Source: Monocercomonoides exilis PA203 | Lineage: Eukaryota > Protista > Preaxostyla | DNA length: 64,000 nt | Reading direction: 5' to 3' | NCBI GenBank assembly: GCA_001643675.2 | Contig: LSRY02000048.1 | Location: 620,001 to 684,000, forward strand | In this document: one piece after another, positions 37,031-49,300 of the stretch | Numbering within the stretch: position 1 is the stretch's first letter | Layout of the letters: every line of letters begins with the position of its first letter | Program-made: the position numbers and the translations under genes | Notes under the pieces: model-generated | What the model saw: the letters and a program-made list of their open reading frames with translations, nothing else | Told to the model about the DNA's origin: nothing | The model's database searches: none

Positions 37031-38405
37031 TGTTTCTGCTGTTTCTTTTAACAAAGTCCAAATTCAAAAAGCTATTGTCTTCGAAAAAAAAGAAAGAATG
37101 ATTTATAAGATTCAATAATTCATTTAATAACTGTTTCGCACCAGCTAAGAATTTTGTATTTTTGAATATTTTTTATATTAGCAAAAGCGTTAAATACAGA
37201 AAGATTCAATATCTATTTTCAAAACCAAAATGAGAGAAATCTTGAAAGAAGAGAACGACATTAATAAAAAATATTAACTATAGATATAAGCAGTTGATGT
37301 CACTCAGTTTTTGAATGTATTATTGTTTTCATACAATATATGTCGGAAAATCATGAAAATATATTGATCATTTGCATAACTTTATGTTAATCAATCAGAA
37401 TAACTCAAAATATGACTAAGAAATATATAGTATTGTTTTATATTGTTTGTTGATTAAAACAGAATCAATCGTTTTTGTTTATTTTACTGTCACAATTAAA
37501 AACTGAAATTTTTGAATTCAAAAAATGTGTATTTAAATATAAATAAGTTCAAACTCATTTTTAAATGGATTCAATTCTTTGTATAACATTTGTCTTCATG
37601 TTTGAATTAATTATTTTGTGAAAAAATGATATTTTTTCACTTTCATGTTAAAAGATCAAGCTTTTTTGGAAAACAAGCAAAAAATGCTTTATTTGCTTAA
37701 AATATAACGTAATATTTAATGTTGATGCGTTTTTGACTTCCACCCTCAAAACATTGTTTTTTGATAAATGCAAGACTGTCAGGTCACAATTGAAAAAAAC
37801 TGGTTTTTCTTAAAAACACTGCCTTTAATTTAAAATTACTGGGGGATCTTGAAATAAATAGTTTATTTTGAAATATATTTTTATTTCACAATTTATCTAT
37901 TAAATTATTATTATTCATTTTGTAATTTTTCTAAGAAATTAATTGTTTTTATTTCTGATATAGAAAAAATATTTTATTTGATTTTAATCTGTTTTAAATT
38001 GTTTTTATTACAAGTTTTGAAAAAAAAATTAAATAAATTATTCGAAAATATCAAATCTTCAGAAAACAGAACAAAAAGTCAGTTTGCTTGTTTCAAAAAC
38101 ATAAATAAAATTATTTGCATTATGCTTAAGACTATTTCTATAGGAAAATATAGCAGTGGTTTCGGTTATTGATGTGTTATTATCAAAATGGAATTATTAA
38201 TCTGTAGCCATTTATTGAAATCTCTCAATTTTCAAAGCAGTTTTCATTTTTAATGATTCAACAACAAAATTATTATCATATCAGCAATAGTGAGCAACTT
38301 TTTTTATTTATCAACAAATGTTTCTCAGAAAGAAACACATCAAAAAAATTGATCCAAAAAAGTTATAGAAAAAAATATTAAAGGAAAACGTTTTGACAAA
38401 AATAT

Positions 38406-40068
38406 ATGCAAATCGGGAAGCGTAACTTCAGATTTATCAAAAGCTCCCTAAACATTATTACAACTTCCTTACAGGATATCCACACTTCTTCTCCTTCATC
38501 TTCCTCAAACTTCCTCTCTCGCTATCCTTCTTCCACTTCCTCCTATTTGGTGCTGACTTCTGTTATCTGGACTGCAACATCGTACACTCCTTTTTCGCTC
38601 CCACTACTCTTCTCTATCTGTTCTGCTTCCACATTCACTAGCAGCACTGAAGAAATTTCTGAAGGAGATTCTTCTGACCCGTCGTTTGAGCCAGAAGTTA
38701 GATAGCTTTTGGTCCATCATACCTCTTGCGAAACTTCAAATACAACCAGCTACACCAACAATGAAACTCATGTTGCAGCTGGAAACTTGTGGATTAGGAA
38801 AGATTATTTTTCAGGATGATAATATTCAACTCTGTAAGTTTGATGCTGAACGACTTCAAAATACGGGAGAAATTGCGAGCAGCATGTTTTCATTTCGACA
38901 GTGTGAAGGCAGCAGCGATGAACAATGAAGAAAATTGATTTCTGAGCATGTGCAGAAGTGGATTTGAGATGGAGCGCAGGTGAATATGGCAGAGGTTTGA
39001 AAAGGCGAGGCAGGTCAGGAAATAAGAAACCAAACAAAGTCCAAAGGAGGGGGTGTTGCAGACGAGCTGGTGACAGGGGCTGTCCTGCTAATAAACCGTT
39101 CATCCTTTTGAAGTGTACAGCATCGACTGGGGAAAGGGAGGCACAGAGCCATGACTTGGGTGGTGAAATGTTCTTAGATGCAACTGATGTCATCAAGTAG
39201 TTTGTCCTTGTGCATGCGATGTTTGCTGGATGCGATACGAGGAAGAACAAAAAGAAGTTGACACGATGAAGCATGCTTCAGGCTGTGGTGGATATAGGAC
39301 ATTTTTACGGATCATGATCTGCGCAAGCCTAAGCTTTCTCAATAAACTTTACGGATTTGAGTTGGACGCAACTGATTCGTCTCGCTCCATCTCTTTTGTG
39401 AAGTATTTCTGGGCAATCATGGTCAACAAGGCGTTTGTGAAAGGAGACAAGGGCTTTTATTTCCTCGCAAGTGGGCATTCTGCTGAATACAATTTGGAGA
39501 TACTTTGTTCCATTTTGCCTGGAGTAGCTGTTGGGCATATTATCATAAATTCTCACACAATGTATCTGCTCCGGCCAACCATCAGAGGTAGCGAGATGTT
39601 TGTCGACTGCACCGAATTCGAAAATACTCTATTCATTTCCCTATCTTTAACCACAGCTGTGCATTGAACGATGCCTTCGTGGATGAGGATGTCTTACTTC
39701 AGTGCTCCAGCATCCACTCCCAAATCAACGTGCACCTCTTTTCCCTCGACTTCACTCAGCCCTCCCTCGCCACAAACACCTCCATCAGCTGCTCCGACTC
39801 CTCCCACACCAACCCAGTCCCCGTCCTCGATCTCGCCTCCTCCCCTTCATCACCTTCTTCCGCGCCCACCAGATATTCTTCGAATAATACACCGACTTCT
39901 CTTCCTGCCAGCACTGCTCCCCGCTTGCCCCCTGCGCTTTACTCTCCACAGCCGTCCTCCATATCTACCGCGCCATCTGCAACACCTTCTGAATCTTCGC
40001 CTCCTCCTTCTTCGATACACAGATCTCCCTTGCTTTCATCCGCTTCGTTAAACCTCGGGAAATCTTGA
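38406..40068 (+). pseudogene. Degraded surface-protein gene fragment
   Basis: Fragmented ORFs. DVLLQCSSIHSQINVHLFSLDFTQP...PVPVLDL (39664-39840) parallels DIFVECWSIESQINEAQFLLDLRP...NPVDL at the start of the gene at 1-3089. Confidence 0.45.
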
Positions 40069-40524
40069 ACTTGTTTTCTTCGCCACAACTATCTCATTGC
40101 TATTGTCGCTTTTCTCAACAACTGCATCCTCACCTTCTGCAATTTTTTTTTCACTCTTCCTTCGCATCTGCACACTCTTCCCTCTTCTCCTCTCGACGGA
40201 TCCCTCACTGCATCTTCTTCCCTCTTTTCTGCAGCCGGCAAACATGCCCACCTCAACTCCGCACTCTTTTGTGATTTCATGAGAAAACTTCTTTATCCAT
40301 CTTCTATTATAATTTCGTCCACCTCTCCTGCCCCGCTCTTCGTGCTCTACACGCTTCTTCATTCTTTCTCTCCCGCACCAACCTCTCCGCCCTCAGTGCT
40401 TCCTCGCACCTGCTCGTGTTCGACGATGGCTTCAGCTGCTCCATCGTGCATCTCAACGCCAATGATCTCTCCGTTGCAGCTGACAGCGTTGTTCTTCTCA
40501 ATACCCTCTGTAATCTCCCTTCTT

Positions 40525-40568
40525 TTCTTCTTCTTCTTCTTCTTCTTCTTCTTCTTCTTCTTCTTCTT
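40525..40568 (+). repeat. (TTC)n microsatellite
   Basis: About 14 perfect TTC units. Confidence 0.9.
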
Positions 40569-41008
40569 TATTCTCTGCAAAGTCAACCAGAAAGCTTTTT
40601 CATCATTAGTGTCTCATTCTTTTGTCACTCTTTCTCCTCCATTTTCCACTCTTGCATATCCTCTTCAACATCAGCCACTTTAACATTCTGCCGTATTACA
40701 GCACACCGCCAGCCGAATCTGTGTGCCAATTTTTTCTTTTGCGCCTTCTCACGATATCTTCAGTGAGAATACGAAAGTGAAAGAGCAGAAGAAAGGAGGG
40801 AATCTTATGATAGAGAAGAAGCAGCGGAGGCAGTGAAGGATGGTGAAGGAGATAGAGAGAGGAAAAGGAAAAGCAGAAGAGAGAAAGAGGAAGAGAAAGA
40901 ATGAATTGAATTAATAAAATTTATTATCTTCCTTTTAAAACTTTTTCCTTTTCACGTAAAACACACACACACAGAGAGAGACAGACACAGACAGACAGAC
41001 AGACAAAT

Positions 41009-41389
41009 CTATTGCTTCATCTGCTTCTTCCTCATCCTCTTCTGCTTCCATATCTTCTCCTCTGTCTTTGTCTTCTCCGCCTTTTTCTGCGCTTTTTTCA
41101 GGAGCCCAATCCCGTCGTTCATATTCATACACGATCCTTTCTCCAAACCACAATTCACTTCCTTGGCACCAGACACTCCACCTGCATACACCATGTTTGC
41201 GTATTGTCAACCGAGAAATATAAACAAATCAACATCCCAATCGCCAAATACATCTTTTCTACCATATTCAACAATTGAGTTGTCTTTCTGAGTGATGCTT
41301 GTCATGAAGGCGAACAAGGGTTCCTTCACAGAAGCGACAAGGGATTCACACACAAAATACACATCCTTTCTGCCTCTTCCTCCAATACT
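41009..41389 (-). pseudogene. Short surface-protein gene fragment
   Basis: One frame with one stop reads GRGRKDVYFVCESLVASVKEPLFAFM...DVDLFIFLG*QYANMVYAGGVSGAKEVNCGLEKGSC, a variant of the CG-x-PC module. Confidence 0.6.
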
Positions 41390-42564
41390 TTCACATCAGC
41401 CGGTGAACTTGGTGTAAAAGATAACGTGTTTCAAGAAAAGGTTTGCGAGCTGAAAGAGTAATTAAGTTATGCTGCGAGATAAATATCACAGAAAGTGCTA
41501 AAGATAGAAGCAAACAACGTTGGCGACATTTTCTAAGGAAGGATTTGGATATTGAAAAGATGAAACAAAAGGAAAAGAAGTTGCGGATGGAGAAGGAAGT
41601 TTGAAAATCATTTCCTTTAAAAGAATGAGGAGAAAAAAAAAACAAGATGGAGTCAGTTGTAATCATCAATTGAATGATTCCCCAACTTATCTAATTCATT
41701 TACTGAAACAATTTGTCCGCACAGCCGGATCGGTGATTTACCAATGCTGTTGAGTTGGGGGAAAAAAAAATAAAAACTCACAATTTTCATTTTTTAACAG
41801 TCAAACAAATTTTATTACAAATAATAATCTTTTAAAATCTTTTTCAATAACGTTTTCAATCAATTTGATCGTTTTGCGAGTTTCATGCTTCATTTCATTT
41901 TGAAAAAGAATTTTTCAATCCTTTGTTTTTTTTTTGAAATTTGATCAACACATTCATTTGAGCAGAAAATATCAAAAAGGTATGTTTTTTTATTTTTATT
42001 TTATGAATAAAACGAACCAATATTATGATAAAAAATTTTAATGTTTATGAAAAATCAATTTTTGTTCAGTGATCAAAAAGTTCCACAATATTAATTATTT
42101 TTCCGATTTTTGATCTTTTTTTATGATTTCAAAAAAAAACACCCAATTTTTCTCTTTCTGAAGAAACCAACGATTTGTTCAAAACTTTTTATGCATCCAT
42201 TTCACAATCGGCCTAACATTATGATACAAAAAAGAATTGTGGATTATTGAATTTCGAGAAAGATTCAAAAATATTGAATGGAAAAAAAGGTCTAAAGCAA
42301 AATATTCTGGATCAAAGAACATCCAATTTTTTGAATTTTTGAAGGATTGATCACTTTAAACAAAAAAGGATTTTCTTGATCTTCCAAGCAAAACATTTTG
42401 AGCAGGCTTTATTCAAGTTATTTTCTTGAAACAGCATACACTTATCAAGTTTATCTGCAATTAATAATGTTTTCGCAGTGCTTGTTTGAAATTAAAAGAT
42501 GTTTGTGTTTGTCTATAATCTCGTTTTAAACTTTGAGTTATTTTTCATATGTTCAGAACAAATA

Positions 42565-42723
42565 ATGAACGAAGAGGATGCATTATATAATGCCGAAGAG
42601 GAAGAGGAGAAGAAGAAGGAGAAGGTGAAGAAGATTTTGAAGAAGATATGGATTATTATGAGGATTATGATATGGATAACCTTTATGAATATTATCAATC
42701 AGAACTTGCAGAAAAGTTCACAA
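42565..42723 (+). pseudogene. Orphan exon 1 of the helical 3-exon family (copy 7)
   Basis: ATG plus an acidic run (one frameshift) ends ...YEYYQSELAEKFT-A|gttagt, matching exon 1 of copy 5 (...EFKTELTEKFS-A|gtttgt). No exon 2 follows. Confidence 0.55.
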
Positions 42724-43851
42724 GTTAGTGCATTTTTTTCTTGATTAAACATTCAATGCTTTGAATTTTTTTTTTAAATTTTTATTTTTATTTTTATTTT
42801 TATTTTTACATTTATTTTTGTTTTAAAATTTTTTTTTTGAAATGGAGAAAAAGACAAAATTGATAGTTCTGAAAATACTTGTACTCTCACTTATTACTTT
42901 CATTTATCTCACTTTCTCGTCTTCTCGTCTTCTCGTCTTCCCTCTCTTGAAATTCAGCATTCTCATAAATGTATTTTTCAACCTTCAAACCCTCTTCTTG
43001 AACTCTTCTCTTCCTTTTTCACTCTTTCCTTTCGCCAAAAATCATCTTCAATTATCTGTATCGCATATCCACTCTTGAATAACCTTTCATAGTGGAATAT
43101 TTAATCTCTTTTACCCTTTCTCTTTCTTCACTTTTCATCTTTTTGCTCTCCCTGAACTCTTCTTTTAAAAGCCATCTTGTCCTCCCACTCTATCTCGAAT
43201 ATTCCTTTCAACAACAAAAACAGTGAAAATCAATTCAAAATTCCAAAAAATATAATTAACATGAATGGAGATTTTTTACCCTTTTCAGTGATTCGAATAA
43301 TCGAAAATGCACATTTCCTGCAATTAAATGCAATCAGCCCATTTCTATTTCTTCATTCCCTCATTTTTCAACAGTCTTATCAGCAGGTTAACCAATCGTT
43401 TCTTTGACAATCTTTCCCAACTCCATTTCCTTCGATTTCCGTTCAATTTGAAAGAAGTGGCGATTATCTTTGATTTTCAAGTCTATCCTGTTTAACGAGA
43501 AACTTAGTTTGCTTTGTCAAAAAATCTATCATATCCTTCATCCTCCCAATCACATCATTCTGTAAAGTCTTCAATAGCTCTCGCTTCTCATTATAAATAT
43601 TAACTTATGGGCATATGATACAAATACGCCACCTTGCCAAATTTAAGATGAACTTAGGATCATATGTTAATAGCACATTTAAAAAGACAATTCAATCGTT
43701 TATTAGTGGAAAAATCAGATTTTATTGAATAAAATATTGATCAACCCATTGAAAATTCTAAATATTTGTGCACAAAATTGTCAGTTTTAATATTGATGAG
43801 TATATATATTATACCAAAAACATTCACGAATGTCAAACATTTAATCATTTG

Positions 43852-45491
43852 ATGGAGGAAAAACAGAATTTATTGAAGATTTTTTGCGATAATGGAGAAA
43901 CCACGCAATGGATTCACGACAATGTGATTAGCACTGCCAGAAGATGCCCAATAGCAACTTGTCGTTCATTAATGATTGTAATTTGAGGAAGAAAAGGAAA
44001 ATGGTTCTTCAGATGTCACAAATGCAGAAAAGAAGTTTCTTATAAAACAGGAACTCCGTTTGCAAAATCAAAACTCACAATTGAAAATCTAATTCTGATT
44101 TTTTTCTTCTTTTCCCATCATCTCAATATTTAACAAACATCATTTCTAACTTCATGTTTAAGACACAGAGTTTCTCATTATTATTGCATTTGTCGGAGAA
44201 CATGTGCTCAGATGATTGGTGGAATTCAAACTTCCACAGGAGGTCCTGGCCGCATTGTGGTAATTGATGAACCTGTTTGGAGAAGGCGAAAATACAAGAG
44301 AAATTTTGATTCTTTATCTGTCGAATCTTAATTATCAATTGAATTTTTTTTATCAGGACGTGCTAAGAAGCAGATATGGATTTTCGGTGCTCAGGAACGT
44401 GGAAGAAAAGCATTTGTTTATCAAGTGTGCAACAGATCTGCCTCTGAATCAATTCCGTTTAAAAATATATATATACGTCCAGGAACAGAAATCCACTCTG
44501 ATCAATTGAAAGCATATTTTTCTTTAAGTGAGGATGGATTCACACACAAGACCGTCAATCATTCCGAGCATTTTGTGGGTTTTTATTTTCTCTTTTTATT
44601 GTCATTTTTCATGTAATGTTATTTCTCACTTATTCAGATCCAATTACCGGTGCTTGAACAATTCATATTGAAACGTTGTGGGATGCGCTTCGTAAGTTCA
44701 TGCCTTCTCAAGGAGTGAGAATTAATAGAATGCATGTATTTTTCTATTCATTTTTGTTTTTCAGAAATCGAAAAGTTGATTTTTCCATTTTTGTGTCGAA
44801 TGTGATGAAATACAGTCTAAACAGGATATGATCACGTCGAATACAATCGCATTCGTTTATAGTCACATTTTTCGATGCACCGATATTTTTTGACAGTTTT
44901 TCATACATTTTCCATCGCATATAATCACAGGGCTAAATATTTCTAATCACATCTTTTATTATAATGTGTGCTTTTTTCAATGAAAAATCGATTTTTTGAT
45001 CAAAATTTTCGATTTTTTTTGATTTTTCAAAATTATGTTTAAATAAGTCTTAATAACATAATCAAACATAAAAAATTGTTTTATCTATTGAAAAATGCGT
45101 TTAAATGTAGAATTTTCGAACATTTAAAATTTGACCCAAAATTCATTAATTGATTAATTAATTTTTATTTTTTCTGTGTAAATCATCATCGTGTATAGTC
45201 ACAATCGGATAGAGTCACAAAAAGTTGTGCAAAAACCGATGTGATTATATCCGGTTTAGACTGTACAGTGATGAAGAATGCAAAGCTCTTGAGGATGAAG
45301 ATTTTGGTCCTGAAGAAGAGGAAGAAGAGGCTGACACTGAAATGTTTCACGAAGATGAATCTTCAAAGAAAGATTATGTGCGTGAAACAGATGCATCATC
45401 AGATGGGGCCAGGGACGGAGCTGATGCATCTGAATGGGAGGCTGATAAATATATACCGATTTTTCCACATATCATTCTTCTTAAATTTTAA
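43852..45491 (+). pseudogene. Merlin/ISXO2-like DDE transposase with two introns; nonsense mutations and MITE insertion
   Basis: N-terminal Zn-ribbon CPIATC...CHKC, then GGPGRIVVIDE...RRKYKR|GR...WIFG...NRSA...IRPGTEIHSDQLKAY...HKTVNHSEHFV|DPITGA*TIHIETLW. Introns are 44303-44356 (donor decayed to AT) and 44579-44637 (GT-AG). Stops occur at 43984, 44131 and 44655. The acidic tail resumes in frame after the MITE. Confidence 0.9.
44813..45263. mobile_element. Tc1/mariner-pogo-like MITE (451 bp), TA TSD, nested in the Merlin transposase
   Basis: TIRs cagtctaaacaggatatgatcacgtcg and (reverse complement) cagtctaaaccggatataatcacatcg match 24/27. TA is present at 44811-12 and 45264-65. Removing the element restores ...NVMKY-SDEECKALED... 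in frame. Confidence 0.92.
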
Positions 45492-45792
45492 AACAACATG
45501 TTCTCTTTGATTATTTCTTTGTAATATAAAGATTTGTGAGGTGGCTTATAAGTACCATTTGCCAACTTTTGAAGCAAGGATGCATTTTTGTCATTCATTT
45601 TCGTTGATTTTTTCATGTGCAAAGCACGGAAATGCATAAAATAATGAAACTTTCAAAAATAATAAAATATTTTTTTGAAATATCAAATTCAAATATAATC
45701 TTCAATTTTGTTAATTGAGTCATTCCAAGTGTCGCATTCGCTCAGTGCATTTCATAATTGCGAATAAGGTTGATTTCTGTTTTTTTTCGATG

Positions 45793-45971
45793 TGTCACAC
45801 AAAAAATAATTCTAATTCGAAAAAAAATAATTCGATTTCGGAATTAATAATACAATTTCGTAATTTATTAATTCAATTTCGAAAAAGAATAATTCAATTT
45901 TGAAATCGAATTAATAAATTCCGAAATTGTATTATTTTTTTTCGAATTAGAATTATTTTTGGTGTATGACA
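45793..45971. repeat. Foldback/hairpin element (MITE-like) built from ~21-bp subrepeats
   Basis: aaaaataattctaattcgaaaaaaaataat is present on both arms in inverted orientation, with outer tgtca...tgaca and internal aattc(g/a)atttcg units. No clear TSD. Confidence 0.75.
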
Positions 45972-46314
45972 AAAAATTACACAAATAAGTGATTTCAAAA
46001 ATGAAATATTGCCGAGAAAGAACAATATTGATATATGAAACAGAATTCATTCTCATCCTTTATTCAAGTTTATTTCATCTCAAATAGAAAGAAAGCTTCC
46101 GAAAAATGATTTTTAAAAAAATTTAGAACAAACAGCAATGAATTTAAAAGAGATAGGTGTTTCCTGTTGAGGACCATCTTTTAAAACTAATATGAAAGGA
46201 TTCTACAAAGAATAATTTGTTGACAACAAATTCATTTTTTATCACATTTTTTGTTAATTATGCCCATATTTTATAAATATCACAGAATAGAAAAAAATAT
46301 TCTCTTGAGGAGCA

Positions 46315-49300
46315 ATGCTGACTATTTTGATTTATTGCCTGTTATGTCGTCATGCAATGGAACTTGATAATCCAAGTTATCAATTGTCGAAAAACATTAA
46401 CGAATGCAGTGAAAAAGACAATCAATTTATTGTTTCTGACAAAGAATCAAAATCTCTGTTGTATCCAAGCGCAGATCCGAGTGAACAAATGAATGCAACG
46501 AAGAAAGGAAAAGAAAATATCGAAAGTACTGCAATGACTGAAACGTTGAAGTCCGCAATTGAAAAATCATCAGATTATTCAGAAAAAAATGCTCATGACT
46601 CGGAAATAATAACCAAATGCAGTGAAGATGTTCTGCACGAAGATGATCCAATAAACGATAGTACTCAAATGAATAATGATTTGTTGAATAATGAGGAAAA
46701 AGAGGAAGTTTTCTTAAATGGAGAAGATGGGAATGATGATGCAGAATGCGGAAAATCAGAATCGAAACCCTGCAAAACAATAAAAAGAGCGGTCGAGAAA
46801 TGCATTCAAAAAGAATCAATAATTTTATGCACAACTGAGGAAAGTAACAAATATGATGCTGAGCCAATCACATTTGAAGATCGGAACGTTGAGATCAAAA
46901 GCAATGACAACTTCTTCATTACAATCATCACTGCTTTAGATGAATCAAAGGTTCAACAGGGTGATGCACTGCTAAATATTAAGCAAAACGGACGTCTTAC
47001 TCTGGAAAAAGCATATGTTCAAGTAAATTCTTCACGTGAAAGTGGCCGAAATCAGGGTTTGACTCTTGTAGAAGGAGATAATGCGACTTTTAAGGCTAGT
47101 CACACGCATATAACAATTGCTGATTACGAGAAAGGGTTGAATTGCGTTTTATTTGAATGTAAATTAGGATCATTGCATTTTTTTGAAACAGAAATTTCGC
47201 ACTTTAGATCTTCTTTCGCTTTAATACATGCAGAAGTATCAGATGCAGTTGTTTTCTTTTGTTCAACGTTGAATGGACTCACAACAACAAGTACAACACA
47301 ATCAGTAATTACGATTATGAGTGGATGCAAGCTGCTGGCTTTGATAGATTCAAATTTTTCAGATTGTTGCTCAACAGAACATAAACTAGGAGGGGCATTA
47401 TATTGGGAAATAGGAAACGGAGATAATACTCATGAAATAGCAAATTCAAACTTTTGCAATTGCTCTTGCAAGAGCAAAGAAGCAAACGGACATCAAAACG
47501 AAGAATCAAAAGGTGGAGCAATGTACATTCGTGGAAATGATGGAGTGATCGATGCATTGAATCTTTCTTTGAAAAATGTTGCATTCTCCGATTGTTCAGC
47601 TGACAAAGGTGAATATATATTTTTGTCTTTGGCATCTGGCCGAGAACAAATACCGGAAGACAAATTATCATTTGATATGGAAGAGATTTATGGAAAGCCA
47701 AATTTCATTTTATTGGAAGAAAGGAAAGATGGAATTGGCAACATTATTGACCTAATGAACGATGGGACAAAAAGGCTTCCATATTCTGCACAAAATATCT
47801 ATGTTGGAGGAGAGACATCAAGCCAGGAAAAAACTTGCGGAAGGAAAGAAGAACCTTGCAATTTGTTGAAAACAGGTAAAAGCCACATAGTCAAAGGCGG
47901 TCATGCTATGATATTTGTGATTGGAAGAGTTGCTGTTGATGAACCATTTATATATGATGAAGCTGTAACATTAACATCTGCCATAAATGATTGCTCAATG
48001 CCATTTTCTGAAAATGAACAAAAACGAGGAATTCTACGTGTTGGAGCGAAGATTGAAGCTAAAGAATCAAAAGCTGTTTTTGAGATTCAATATCGTGATA
48101 CAAAAATTGAGCATATCGATTTTGAATATCCTGATGCCATTGAAGGAGATGTGCTGGATATAATTTATGATAAAAACAGCTTACAAATATTTGACGTGGT
48201 GTTCAGACCTTGGAAGACTGAGCTAAAGGGAGAAAATGTTCTTGGCGGAGAAGGAAAACCTTTGCCATACAGGCTGATTGTGAAAGAAAAATCAACGGGC
48301 GACATTACCAGGTTGGTTGTCCATGGAAGAAATAGCAATGATAATGGGGAAAATCATCGAAACAACAATCAAATGGAAAATTTTATAAAACTAAGTGAAA
48401 TGGAAGAAATCAAACAAAATTCTGGAATCGTTGAAGAAGTCGTAGAAGATGACAATCCGTTGTGTTCTTGGGATTCTGGACTTATATTCATTAATCAGGG
48501 TTATTATTCATACATCAACGACAGTTCATTTACCGATATCAGCGAGGGTGCCATTTTTGTGGAATCATCTAGTTTGAATATGAACAATTGCAGCTTTGAA
48601 AATAACCATCCGATCAATGAAGATTGGATGAAATTTCCTTCTCTGCATCACAACTTCCGTGTTAAGAAGAAAAGTACTGATGAATACATTTACATTAATT
48701 CATTGAGAAAAGGAAGTGATGGGACAGAGGGAAAGCCATTGGGAATGATTTCTTTTGCTAATGTTGGAGGATCTGCTGTGGATAACACAAGCTCACTTTT
48801 TTTCATACCTGTTTTGTTGAATGTATCTCTGGAAAAAGAGGATCAGAGGAATGTAAATGGAATGGTTTATCGAACAAATGACGAATCTGTCATTGCGGTT
48901 GTGAGCGGAGAATATTTATTTCCTTGCGGTTTGACGTTTGAAGCATCAAAGAAAAGAAAAGACCAAGAACTGAAATGGATTGATTGCCCTGTTTCAGAAT
49001 ATGTTAACGAAACAAGAATGAATGTTAAAATCCCGAAATCGGTTCTTGATATTGATGACTACACATCTATTGTCTGCCGCTTATCTTATCCAAATGGCAT
49101 GATGGATGAAAAAAAGAGCAAATCAAAAGAGTTTGTTTTCGTAAAGCAAAAGAAAGAAGAAACTGCAAATGACGAACCTAAAGACAAGAAATCTTCTCAC
49201 ATAATTATAATCGCTGTTTCCGTGAGCGTTTTTGTTGTGGTTGCAGTGGTTATAGCCATTGTTGTTATTTGTGTTGTGAAATATAAGAATCGCAATCGGT

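Larger units (their letters stand above)
33945..37897. mobile_element. Non-autonomous TIR element B (3953 bp) with 5-bp TSD TATTA, carrying two host gene fragments
   Basis: The left end gataaaatgtgaaat and the right end (reverse complement) gataaattgtgaaat match 14/15, and the arms align for about 95 bp. TATTA is duplicated at 33940-44 and 37898-902. The left arm resembles the left arm of element A. Confidence 0.8.
43610..45563 (+). mobile_element. Merlin (IS1016/IS1595-type) DNA transposon, full length but inactivated
   Basis: Imperfect TIRs are ggcatatgatacaaatacgccacct (left) and ggcaaatggtacttataagccacct (right, reverse complement), both with GG termini. The 8-bp TSD matches 7/8: aacttatg (43602-09) / aacttttg (45564-71). 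The element contains a DDE transposase. Confidence 0.9.

Noticed and set aside
42046-42380. Weak inverted repeat (tttttgttcagtgatcaa / ttgatcactttaaacaaaaa)
   Set aside because: Only about 30 bp of imperfect, low-complexity match, with no definable termini or TSD.
44303-44356. Non-canonical AT-AG (minor-spliceosome-like) intron
   Set aside because: The element is dead, and the adjacent exonic base of the expected Gly codon is also A. Decay of G|GT is simpler, and no U12 donor consensus is present.
43607-46267. atgggcata ... tatgcccat as Merlin ends
   Set aside because: The match is short with no 8-bp TSD. The 43610/45563 pair gives a longer TIR match and a TSD.
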